Positions 36,702-45,479 of a DNA stretch of 64,000 bases are shown in pieces. The first letter of the stretch is position 1; every line of letters begins with the position of its first letter. The notes under the pieces were generated by a model, which made no database searches, was not told the DNA's origin, and worked only from the letters and a program-made list of their open reading frames with translations. The stretch comes from Candidatus Calditenuis fumarioli (GTDB taxonomy: Archaea; Thermoproteota; Nitrososphaeria_A; Caldarchaeales; Calditenuaceae). The position numbers were made by a program, and so were the translations under genes. The stretch lies in the NCBI GenBank assembly GCA_030059665.1, contig JANVYR010000002.1:448001-512000 (forward strand). Direction: 5' to 3'.

Positions 36702-37505
36702 TTACGTTGCGGCCGGCCCTCCGACCACCTGTCCGAGCTCCTGAGCCGCCTCCTTAGGCGTCCATCCCTCGTGGACGATCCTCCGCAGCGCCCTTATCAT
36801 GCCCACCGGGTTAGAGGACTGGAAGACGTTGCGGCCGAAGTCCACGCCCGCCGCTCCTGCCGAGACCGCCTCGTACGCCAGCTTCAGCGCGTCCATCTCC
36901 GATTCCATCTTCGGGCCTCCGGCGATCACCAGCGGCACCGGCGCAGCGTCCACGACCTTCTCGAACTCGGGCGTGTAGTACGTCTTGATGAAGTGGGCTC
37001 CCAGCTCAGCGGCGACCCGGCACGCCAGCGCGATGTACTTCGTCTCCCTTTTCTCCAGCTCCCTGCCGACCGCCGTCACCGCGAGGACCGGGATGCCGTA
37101 GTCCTCTCCGAGGTCCACCAGCTTCGCCAGAGCCTTCAGGGTCTGGTGCTCGTAGGGCGTTCCGACGTATATCGAGAAGGCGAGGGCCGCGGCGTTGAGC
37201 CTTATCGCGTCCCTGACCGACGTCACTATGTCCTCGTTTCCCAGCGCCGGCCCAGCGATGGTGTTGCCTCCCGAGACCCTCAGCACGACGGCCACGTCCA
37301 CCGTGGGGTCGACCGAGGTCCTCAGTACACCGCGGGTCAGCATTATCGCGTCGGCGTAAGGGAGCAGCGGGGTTATGGTCCTCCGCGGGTTCTCCAGGCC
37401 CCTGATCGGCCCGAGGAAGTAGCCGTGGTCGACGGCCAGCATCACGGTCCTCTTCGTCTCGGGCTTGATGATCCTCGAGAGCCTGTTCCTGAGGCCCCAG
37501 CTCAT
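36702..37505 (-). CDS. lsrF: Class I aldolase/thiolase, LsrF/DhnA family
   Basis: MSWGLRNRL, AVDHGYF, AAELGAHFIKTYY, IAGGPK and FGRNVFQ motifs. Confidence 0.88.
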   Translation of the reverse strand: MSWGLRNRLSRIIKPETKRTVMLAVDHGYFLGPIRGLENPRRTITPLLPYADAIMLTRGVLRTSVDPTVDVAVVLRVSGGNTIAGPALGNEDIVTSVRDAIRLNAAALAFSIYVGTPYEHQTLKALAKLVDLGEDYGIPVLAVTAVGRELEKRETKYIALACRVAAELGAHFIKTYYTPEFEKVVDAAPVPLVIAGGPKMESEMDALKLAYEAVSAGAAGVDFGRNVFQSSNPVGMIRALRRIVHEGWTPKEAAQELGQVVGGPAAT

Positions 37506-37567
37506 ACCTCCACATGCGGAACCCGGGTGAAAAATTTAGCGCCTGGACCGGCGGAGGGCATCGGGGA

Positions 37568-39169
37568 GTGGAGCGGAGGACCTTCGCGGAGTTCGTGGAG
37601 CTCTGCCAGCGCCTCGAGGCCACCGAGAGCAGGTCCGCTAAGGCGAGGATGGTGGCGGCCTTCATGTCCTCGCTCGGCCCGGAGGAGGCGAGGGCCTTCG
37701 CCTACATGCTCGTCGGCAGGAAGTCCGGGGAGAGGGGGAAGCCGATCAACGTCGGCTGGTCGACCGTGCAGAGGGCCCTCTCGATCGCTGAGGGGTCGGT
37801 CCCGCTCGACCTCTGGGGCAGGCGGCTCGGGCTGCTGGAGGTCTGGAGGGCCCTCGAGGAGCTGTCGGCACTGGAGGGTCCGGGATCGCAGGAGAAGAGG
37901 GTCAGGGCCCTCGCCTCGCTCTTCGTCAGGTGCACTCCGGAGGAGAGGGGGTGGCTGGTGAGGGTGCTGACGGGCGAGATGCGCCACGGCGTCAACCACG
38001 GGGTCTTCCTCGAGGCGGTGGCCGCGATGCTCAGACGCGACCTCGATGAGATCAGGTACGCCGACATGGTCTACTCCGACATCGGGAAGCTGGCGGAGCT
38101 CGCGGTCAGGAACGAGCTCGCAGCTCAGCAGGTGGAGCCCATGAGGCCGGTGCGGCCGATGCTCGCGGAGATGTGCGGGTCTCCGTCCGAGGCGCTCTCG
38201 GAGCACGGAGGTACGTCCTGCTTCGAGCCGAAGTACGACGGCATCAGGCTTCAGGTCCACGTCTCGGGAGGTGAGGTCCGGCTCTTCACCAGGCGGCTGA
38301 GGGACGTGACGCAGAACCTGCCCGACGTCGTGGAGGCCGTCAGGAGGGAGATAAGGTGCAGGTCGGCCGTTCTGGACTCGGAGGCGATAGCCGTCGGCCA
38401 CGACGGGAGGCCCATGCCCTTCCAAGAGACGGTCCGCCGGGTAGGCCGTGAGAGGGAGCTCGAGGAGGCGCTGAGGGAGCTGCCCCTGGCACTGAGGGTC
38501 TTCGACGTCCTCCACCTGGACGGGAAGGCTACGGTCCTGATGCCCTACCTCGATCGGAGGAGGTTGCTCGAGGAGTTTGTGCCGCCGGAGATGCTCGCGC
38601 CGGTGTCCCGGCTCTCGGACCCCAAGGAGGTGGAGGAGCTGATGCGGAGGAACGTCGAGACGGGGAACGAGGGTCTCGTCGCGAAGGACCCGAGGTCTCC
38701 CTACATTCCCGGAAGGAGAGGGAAGCACTGGCTGAAGCTGAAGGCGTCCGAGACGATGGACGTCGTGATCGTGGCCGCCGAGTGGGGTCACGGGAGGAGG
38801 TCCGGATGGCTGAGCAACTACCACCTGGCCGTGTACGACGATGCGTCGGGGAGGTTCGTGATGGTCGGGAAGACGTTCAAGGGCCTTACGGACGCGGAGT
38901 TCGAGGAGATGACCAGGAAATTGCTCTCCATAGCCGTCGAGCGGCAACCGTGGGGCGTCGTCGTGAGACCGGAGGTGGTCGTCGAGGTGGCCTTCAACGA
39001 GGTCCAGCGAAGCCCGAGGTACGAGGGCGGATTGGCGCTCCGCTTCGCGAGGATAGTCCGGATCCGGGACGACAAGGCTCCGACAGAGGTCAACACGCTC
39101 GAGGACCTCAGGAGGGTTTTCCTCCGGCAGATGGAGAGGAGGGGAGCATCGGAGAGGTTCTCGCTCTGA
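37568..39169 (+). CDS. lig: ATP-dependent DNA ligase
   Basis: EPKYDG, FDVLH, EGLVAK and WLKLK motifs plus OB domain (LRFARIVRIRDDK). Start GTG 37568 inferred. Confidence 0.95.
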   Translation: MERRTFAEFVELCQRLEATESRSAKARMVAAFMSSLGPEEARAFAYMLVGRKSGERGKPINVGWSTVQRALSIAEGSVPLDLWGRRLGLLEVWRALEELSALEGPGSQEKRVRALASLFVRCTPEERGWLVRVLTGEMRHGVNHGVFLEAVAAMLRRDLDEIRYADMVYSDIGKLAELAVRNELAAQQVEPMRPVRPMLAEMCGSPSEALSEHGGTSCFEPKYDGIRLQVHVSGGEVRLFTRRLRDVTQNLPDVVEAVRREIRCRSAVLDSEAIAVGHDGRPMPFQETVRRVGRERELEEALRELPLALRVFDVLHLDGKATVLMPYLDRRRLLEEFVPPEMLAPVSRLSDPKEVEELMRRNVETGNEGLVAKDPRSPYIPGRRGKHWLKLKASETMDVVIVAAEWGHGRRSGWLSNYHLAVYDDASGRFVMVGKTFKGLTDAEFEEMTRKLLSIAVERQPWGVVVRPEVVVEVAFNEVQRSPRYEGGLALRFARIVRIRDDKAPTEVNTLEDLRRVFLRQMERRGASERFSL

Positions 39170-39218
39170 CGGGCAACGACACTTTCCAGCTAACCACTTG
39201 GCTCAATCTCAAGGCGCG

Positions 39219-42200
39219 CTAATTCTTCGTTAATGCCCCATTAGCCACCGCCTCCCTGATGTGCATCAGGACGTCTTCAATCACGCCCTCGGGGTTGATC
39301 CACCACTCGCTCGACCAGATCCTGTATATCCTCCAACCCAATCTCTCGAGGTGTCTCTGCCTGATCCAGTCCCTCTCCCGAGCTGTCCTGTGACTGTGGT
39401 ACAGCCTTCCGTCGCACTCTATCCCCAAGATGAACCGGCCGTTATGCAAGACTCCTATGTCGATCCTGTACCTTCCCACCCCGACCTGAGGGACGAGTTC
39501 CACCTCTTTGTTCAATCCCTCATTGGTCAGGGCCGCCTGCAGACGTTTGAAGACCTCCTCCTCAAAGGGCGAGTCGAAAGGCTCTATGTGTGGATGTGAA
39601 GCTCCTCCCCTTTCGGCGTACTCCAAAAAGTCCCTCAGGACCCTTACGCCACGCGGGTCGTTGTCGTTAACCCTGATCATGTCGTATTTCATTGACGAGA
39701 CGACCCATAGCATCTTCCTGGCTCTGGATATCAGGACGTTGATGCGTCTCTCTCCGCCTTCATTATTGATCGGCCCGAACGTCTTGCGCACCACTCCTTC
39801 GACCGGTCCGTAGGTCATGCTGATTATCACGAGGTCTGCCTCCCTTCCCTGCACCGTCTCCAAATTCCTGACCAGCAGCCTGCCGTCCTCTTCCATCTCA
39901 TCGATCAGATCGGCGACTTCCCTCTCGCGATAGGGTAATGGAACGGTCAGGTGCTTCGCGTACCTGAAGGCCCTGAGCCTTTCCCTGTCCATGGGGCCCC
40001 TCCGATCAGATTGGGATTGTGCCTTGTAGTCCTCGATGAGACCCTTTATTGCGTCCTGCTGCCTCTCGTTCATCGCCACTATCAGGATGCTCTTGTATTC
40101 CTTCGATTTCACCGCCTCGATGAGCCGCCAAAGAACTACTGCTGCCTCGTTCGGATTTACACCGGTTTTCGATATGTAGTTGCCGTTTTCGACGAAGAAG
40201 AACCGCACCCTCCTGTCATTAGGATCTGCTGAGGGATACACCACCAGACGGTTGTCGTAAAAATAAGCGTTGGAGAACGCGATGAGCGATTCGTGCTCTC
40301 CTCTGTAGTACCACCTGAGCCACTCCTCGCCGAAGACCCTGAAACCTGAAGAGTTGGTGTTGAGACATGCCTCCAGCAGACCCTCGGGAGTTTCGATTTC
40401 CTCGCCCTCCTCGTCCTCCTGCTGCTCGATCCTTCTCGTGAAGTAGTCCGTGGGTGGCATCTGCTGCTCGTCGCCGACTACTATGACCTGACGGCCTCTC
40501 GCTATTGCGGGGAGTGCTCGCTCCGTTTGCACCTGTGACGCCTCGTCGAAGACCACCACGTCGAAGAGCTGACCCTTGAGACCCCTCAGCAGCGTGGATA
40601 CCATAAGAGGAGTCATGATCAGGACGGGTTTGACCAGCAGTATCTCGTTTAAGTGGTCACGCATGATGCGGACGAGGGGGCGCCTCCTTCTGATCTTGAG
40701 CTGGTGGGCTGCGAGTTCCCTTAGCCTCATTATTGGACCTTTGAATAGCCGCGGACCACCGGGCAACGTTCTAAGCCCTAAGTTCAGTCTGATGGTGTGG
40801 ATGACCTTGCTCCTCAACGCGAGCGCTGCCAGCGCCACACTTCGGCCTTCTCCTAAGCGCTGCCCATCTCCATGTGTGTAGAGGCCATCGTAGTAACCGA
40901 TGAGCTTCTGCATCGCTCCCTTAGGGCCCTCACGCACCTCGCTCAGCAGGCTTACGAGTGCCCTCCTCAGCTTATTACCCGACCGCTCGTAAGCGACGAT
41001 AGATTCCCAGACCTCCGTGAGCTCGTCGAACGAACCGAAATTCTCAAGCAGTCTGTCAACGAAGCGCGAAAATTCCCGGTCGGCGATAACCCCTGCCAAG
41101 TCTAGGAGACGCTGAAGCTGAATCCCGAAGCTATCGCTTTCAGCCAGATCTTCTAGCACTATGACTGTGCGGTCGAGCAGCTCGGGGAGTACCAAATCCT
41201 TCCGGACGGCTTCCGCGTCAATAAGCCACTGCAGAAATCCACGCAGATCGCCTAGTCTCTTAGCGAGGCCCTGCAGGTCCAGCTCGGTATCGAAGAACTG
41301 CTGGGCGTACGCGAGCAATTCGTCCTCACCATCTGGAGATGGTTCGAATCCTAAAGCTTCGAGAGCGCGCTCACGACCATCAAGCAGTCTCCGCAGAGCC
41401 CTTTCTAGTTCTATTGTTGGCATCTTGTCTACTGCATGTCCCAGGAGCTGCCTGAGCTCGTTCACAAGTTCCTCCCTTAGATTCGAGGCATACTCGAGTT
41501 CGGAGAGCGTTCTATCCCTCTGGTAGTAGAGCTGACGTTTGATCTCTTTACGAGCGGTATCCGGTTCTATGCCGTACCTCCTCAGCTCGTGGGCCCACTG
41601 AGCGAGATGCCTGTGTCCCAGTAAAATCGTCTTGATTCTCGAGATCAGCCCCCGGGGGAAGAGCCTCATCATCAACTCATCTATGTCTTTCACCTCTTGG
41701 CTGAGATGATCGATCTTTCCATCCAACTCGAGGATCTGACGTGTGAGCTCCAGAGCGCGCTGCAACTTTCGTATGCTCAGCTTCACTTTCAGACCGTCCG
41801 TCACAACGTTCAGCAGCTTCACGCATTCACCGACACTCCTTTGGCCTTGAAGCCAGTTTAACAACCTCATTGATGAGGCGAGGTAACTTATCGCAAGAGA
41901 CAGCTCCTCAGCGCTAGGATTCTGCTCCAGCCCGAGCCTGCTTCGGAGCCAGGCGACCGTCTGAAACAATGCGGGATCTAGGGTTCTCTGGCCTGTCTCT
42001 TCCCTTAGCTCAAAGGCGCTGAGTATCGCAGCGGAGTACTTCTGTTCTTCGAACCATCTGCGTACCGTATCCCTACCATGCTCCGCGAGAAGCTGCCGTA
42101 AAACCTGAACCTTTTCACGCTTCTCCAGTAGCGCCTTGCTAGCGATTGCGAGGTCGTGTCTCATCTCGTTGCCTGAGACCAGGGCCAGATACTCCGAGTA

Positions 42201-43511
42201 GCGACCGTAGACGTTCCCAGGTAGGGGTGGGGGACCTGTAGCTGTTTCGCGGAGGGTGTGGCGCCCCTCACCCAACAGGAGGTCTATTGTGCGTATCAGA
42301 TCTTCAAGGACCCTGTCTCGGTCTTCCCTTGACGTGCTGAGCACCTCAAGCACGGGAAGGTCCAGACCAGCCCCCCTCAGCCTGCTGATCACCACGTCGG
42401 CGGCGTCCTTCTTCTCGACGACGAAGAGCGCCCTCTTCCCCTCGGCGGCCAGCATGACCAGCAGATTCGCTATGGTCTGGCTCTTGCCTGTGCCAGGAGG
42501 TCCGTGAACCACGAGGTTCTCGCCCCTGAGGGCTCTTCGGATAACCCTCACCTGCGACTCGTCTGCAGGCAGAGGTGTGAGCAGTCCGTCGAGTTCGTAT
42601 GGCTCGGGATCGTCGTTGGACGGTGGTTCACGTGGTGCCGCTGTGGTGTCGCCGCAGATCGCCCTGATGACCGGGTGTTTGAGCATCTCTCCGCGAAGCT
42701 CCATTGCGTCGTAGTAGATCGCCATGTCTGGAAACCCGAGCATCGCAAACCAGCACCGCCTCTTGACACCCTGGAAGAACCATCGACCTTTGAAGGCGTC
42801 CTCAAGAGCGTCTATGGCGCGGTTCAATTCCTCAACCGAGGTGAAGTACTCCTCGTCACCGGCGAGCCCTCCGCTGCGTCTCCCAATCGTCTCCTTCAGG
42901 TCGATCTCGTAGAGCTTCTGAAGGTAGACTCGCAGAGCTGGATTCAGCCTGAACCCGTCCTCGTCTAGAGTGACCTCGTAAATTTTCCTTCCCTCCCTTC
43001 GCCTAGGTCTTGCGGAGATGCTGCACCTGGCGATGAAGAGGGGTGAGCCAACGACCTGCTTCCCCTCGTTACCGGTGCCGTGCTGGCGGCGCCCCTCGGG
43101 TTCCCGCCATAGCAGCAGACCGTAGATCAAGTAAACGGATCCCGACCCTGTCTCGCTTCGTCGCTCCCTGTCGCGCCACATCATGCGGTTAACAAGATCG
43201 ACGAGGTCCTGATCGTCGGTTATTTTCAGCTCCTTCTCGACCGCCTCCCTATCGATGAATCGATCGGAGCCTGACACTACGGACCAGTCGTCCACGTTGA
43301 CGGCCAGCAGCTGCGCGCTTCCACCGTCCTCGTCCAATACCTCGTAGAGGATGTCCTCTCGAAGCGGGATGCATCTGGCCAGAACGCGGTCGCTGACTGA
43401 GAAGTAGAGCGACCTGTTCCTTCTGGAGATGTCGATGAGTCTCAGTAGAAATTTCTCGAGTCTCTCCTGTACTTTGATCGCGTGCTCGTCGCCGCTTACC
43501 CGTCGGCCCAT
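39219..43511 (-). CDS. DUF4011-SF1 helicase-Vsr-like nuclease (Hhe-like defence protein)
   Basis: LIDISRRNRSL (DUF4011), GPPGTGKSQT, FDEASQ, GDEQQMPP, YYRGEH, NVLISRAR, then SPFEEEV...YRIDI...GIECDG..YH..TARERD..RQ..LE..GW. TTTATAAC upstream supports ATG 43511. Confidence 0.9.
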   Translation of the reverse strand: MGRRVSGDEHAIKVQERLEKFLLRLIDISRRNRSLYFSVSDRVLARCIPLREDILYEVLDEDGGSAQLLAVNVDDWSVVSGSDRFIDREAVEKELKITDDQDLVDLVNRMMWRDRERRSETGSGSVYLIYGLLLWREPEGRRQHGTGNEGKQVVGSPLFIARCSISARPRRREGRKIYEVTLDEDGFRLNPALRVYLQKLYEIDLKETIGRRSGGLAGDEEYFTSVEELNRAIDALEDAFKGRWFFQGVKRRCWFAMLGFPDMAIYYDAMELRGEMLKHPVIRAICGDTTAAPREPPSNDDPEPYELDGLLTPLPADESQVRVIRRALRGENLVVHGPPGTGKSQTIANLLVMLAAEGKRALFVVEKKDAADVVISRLRGAGLDLPVLEVLSTSREDRDRVLEDLIRTIDLLLGEGRHTLRETATGPPPLPGNVYGRYSEYLALVSGNEMRHDLAIASKALLEKREKVQVLRQLLAEHGRDTVRRWFEEQKYSAAILSAFELREETGQRTLDPALFQTVAWLRSRLGLEQNPSAEELSLAISYLASSMRLLNWLQGQRSVGECVKLLNVVTDGLKVKLSIRKLQRALELTRQILELDGKIDHLSQEVKDIDELMMRLFPRGLISRIKTILLGHRHLAQWAHELRRYGIEPDTARKEIKRQLYYQRDRTLSELEYASNLREELVNELRQLLGHAVDKMPTIELERALRRLLDGRERALEALGFEPSPDGEDELLAYAQQFFDTELDLQGLAKRLGDLRGFLQWLIDAEAVRKDLVLPELLDRTVIVLEDLAESDSFGIQLQRLLDLAGVIADREFSRFVDRLLENFGSFDELTEVWESIVAYERSGNKLRRALVSLLSEVREGPKGAMQKLIGYYDGLYTHGDGQRLGEGRSVALAALALRSKVIHTIRLNLGLRTLPGGPRLFKGPIMRLRELAAHQLKIRRRRPLVRIMRDHLNEILLVKPVLIMTPLMVSTLLRGLKGQLFDVVVFDEASQVQTERALPAIARGRQVIVVGDEQQMPPTDYFTRRIEQQEDEEGEEIETPEGLLEACLNTNSSGFRVFGEEWLRWYYRGEHESLIAFSNAYFYDNRLVVYPSADPNDRRVRFFFVENGNYISKTGVNPNEAAVVLWRLIEAVKSKEYKSILIVAMNERQQDAIKGLIEDYKAQSQSDRRGPMDRERLRAFRYAKHLTVPLPYREREVADLIDEMEEDGRLLVRNLETVQGREADLVIISMTYGPVEGVVRKTFGPINNEGGERRINVLISRARKMLWVVSSMKYDMIRVNDNDPRGVRVLRDFLEYAERGGASHPHIEPFDSPFEEEVFKRLQAALTNEGLNKEVELVPQVGVGRYRIDIGVLHNGRFILGIECDGRLYHSHRTARERDWIRQRHLERLGWRIYRIWSSEWWINPEGVIEDVLMHIREAVANGALTKN

Positions 43512-43718
43512 CCCGGGCGTTCGAACGTCTTGGCCCTTCACATGTTATAAACAATTTCCTTTGATAATGCGTTGTGGCTCGATTCGCGGGTCCCCAGGGC
43601 TTCACTACTAGCGGTTGGAAAACGGATGGTATCCCAGTCGCTCCGAAGTTCTTGTGAACTCGTCCTCTCTCGGAAGTTCTGGCGTTAAGTCGTGAGTCCA
43701 TGACTCCTGGCCGTTCAG

Positions 43719-43845
<127 letters not shown>

Positions 43846-44048
43846 TCACGATTACTGCTGTTTCATGCTACTATTTAAAACTAGTAATTAAGGGGAAGTT
43901 TTACGTCAAACTGAGAATATTAGGGAAATTGCTAAGAGAAGACGGCATGTTGTTACATAGATGGGAGAGATAAATAAATGTTGACTTTGAGAAGAGGAGA
44001 AGGAAATGAAGGGAGGGGTTAACTAGCGGACGGTCATTAGTATTGCTT

Positions 44049-44160
44049 AGGGGAGCCGAATGAGGACCTCAGGCACTGGGCTTTTAACTGCTTCATCCCC
44101 CCTAACGGTAGGTCTGCACTCGTCGCTCTTCTGCCGAGACCCCATCCGGCTCTTTCCCCC
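44049..44160 (-). ncRNA. Dual-guide hairpin RNA (bridge-RNA/tigRNA-like loop) matching tRNA-Lys
   Basis: Roughly 25-bp interrupted outer stem, symmetric internal loop GCA-GAAGAGCGACG-AGTGC / GCA-GTTAAAAGCCC-AGTGC, inner CCTA-ccgt-TAGG hairpin; starts 4 nt after the nuclease stop codon. Confidence 0.8.
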
Positions 44161-44164
44161 ATTT

Positions 44165-44923
44165 TCACTCCTTCACCGCTTTCAGTGCTTTCTTTATGGT
44201 TTTCAAAACCTCCCGCACCTCTTTTCTCTTGATCTTCCGTCTTCTCTTTACGCTGACGGTCAACGAATTTACGGCTTCCCTCAGGGTTTTATTCAGCCAG
44301 CAATAAGACATCACCTTCCTCAGCCCTAGGCTGAAGTCGACAAATAATAGCAGTTGGACCAAGGCCACTCTTCCGTAGAGGCATCTCTTTGAGTTGATTC
44401 CCAATCTCTCCGATATCTGATGGATCGGTAGGAAGCTTCTCGCCAGCGAGTCTATCTCCCTGGCCAGTTTATCTTTCCGCCTTCTGAGCGATCTGATCAG
44501 CTGGTTATAATGCACCTTAGTCTCCTCATCACCTGCTTGACGCGACAGTTGCTTCACTAGTTTCAGTTGCCCTTTCGTCATCCTATATTCGTGTAGAAGC
44601 ATCCGTATCTTCAGCTCGTTTTCCGTTAACTCCCTGAAGAATTGCTGGGGTATTCTCATTAACGCCTTAACGTCATTCTCATCGCTCTTAGTTTCTCTGT
44701 ACTTCTTAATGACGTCCGTCCTCTTCAGGTAGAATATTCTGATGCCTCTTGCCAATAGCTTCTCGAACTCCTGATATCTGGTCAGCTGGATAGCGTCTAC
44801 ATAGAGTTCGTCTCCGGCTTGAGCTGGTATGTCGCTAAGCTCCTTGAACCTCATAACGACACCGTCTGCTACGACCACGTGATCCTTCCTCCAGTGGACG
44901 TCAGCGTAGAACTTTTTGGACAT
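44165..44923 (-). CDS. IS110/TasR-like protein: RuvC (D8, D43, D81, D84), coiled coil, truncated Tnp/Nop-like domain
   Basis: FYADV, LYVDA and KSDENDVKAL match the IS110 DEDD domain; LRKVMSYCWL-NKTLREAV matches SYxGL...GNxxLR but lacks the intervening serine loop. ATG 44923 follows a purine-rich SD-like tract; the track extension to 45106 is likely non-coding. Confidence 0.8.
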   Translation of the reverse strand: MSKKFYADVHWRKDHVVVADGVVMRFKELSDIPAQAGDELYVDAIQLTRYQEFEKLLARGIRIFYLKRTDVIKKYRETKSDENDVKALMRIPQQFFRELTENELKIRMLLHEYRMTKGQLKLVKQLSRQAGDEETKVHYNQLIRSLRRRKDKLAREIDSLARSFLPIHQISERLGINSKRCLYGRVALVQLLLFVDFSLGLRKVMSYCWLNKTLREAVNSLTVSVKRRRKIKRKEVREVLKTIKKALKAVKE

Positions 44924-45411
44924 TTTCTTATCCCATCCCCTTTTCGCAGATTCCCCGATGGGGGCGTCACGCCCGAAGATGCCAACGGAGGGCGCGCCCT
45001 CTTCACCCGGGCTGGGGACCGCGACTGCCTCTGGGTTAACTCCGGCGTCCTGAACAATTTCACCACTCATTCTATCACCCAATGACAAGTCCTCAAGACC
45101 ATCCATCTCGCTAAGTAGTTTTCAGTGAAAGCTACTCAAACTTTGCCTTTCAGCAACCCTTTCACTGGCTTTCGGTGGCTTTCTGAGAGGAATGCAGGGG
45201 CTAGTTCTATCGCGTTTATGCCCCAACACCATACATGGAATGTTGAGCATTTGAGCATCTTATGGTCTCACAGTGGATTGATCTCGAGGGAGGGAGTTCT
45301 GAAGGCGATGATGGATCAAGCTGATGAAATGCAGTCGAGCAGTCGATAGGAGTGAAGCAGGTATAACGAGGGATGAAGATTTCTGAAGATTTCTTTCATG
45401 TTTCATATTCT

Positions 45412-45447
45412 AAAGCCGGCCGCTCTTCCTGGCTGAGCTACGGGCCC
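45412..45447 (-). pseudogene. 5' fragment of tRNA-Lys (intron-less), ending in the anticodon loop
   Basis: GGGCCCGTAGCTCAGCCAGGAAGAGCGGCCGGCTTT: first 27 nt identical to the spliced tRNA, then 2 substitutions; TTTAAT about 25-29 bp upstream in host-like sequence. Confidence 0.85.
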
Positions 45448-45479
45448 CACGAATTTCAACGCGCCGCTGGATTAAAGGA

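Larger units (their letters stand above)
43846..45411 (-). mobile_element. Putative RNA-guided element at tRNA-Lys (RuvC protein plus dual-guide hairpin)
   Basis: AT-richer 1.6-kb segment bounded by a 25-bp direct repeat of the tRNA 5' end (43821-43845 and 45423-45447). Confidence 0.75.

Noticed and set aside
39168-39180. GACGGGC-AACGAC, resembling the pre-tRNA-Lys anticodon arm minus TTTT, at the left edge of the helicase island
   Set aside because: Opposite orientation to the tRNA, needs a gap, and overlaps the ligase stop codon; not credible as an att site.
44924-45106. 61-aa N-terminal extension of the RuvC protein given by the ORF track
   Set aside because: Low-complexity translation of hairpin-rich DNA; the RuvC first strand begins right after ATG 44923, which has an SD-like tract.
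45125-45349. 74-aa plus-strand ORF inside the element leader
   Set aside because: No recognisable motif, and it crosses several tandem duplications; more likely non-coding.
43846-45411. TIGR-type tandem array around the TasR-like gene
   Set aside because: No periodic ~36-nt repeat units on either side; only one clear dual-guide loop was found.
45405-45447. Reading the fragment as an ochre suppressor (TTA) or split-tRNA half
   Set aside because: No 3' half and no GC-rich complementary trailer are visible; similarity ends inside the anticodon loop, as expected for an insertion remnant. A partner outside the window cannot be excluded.
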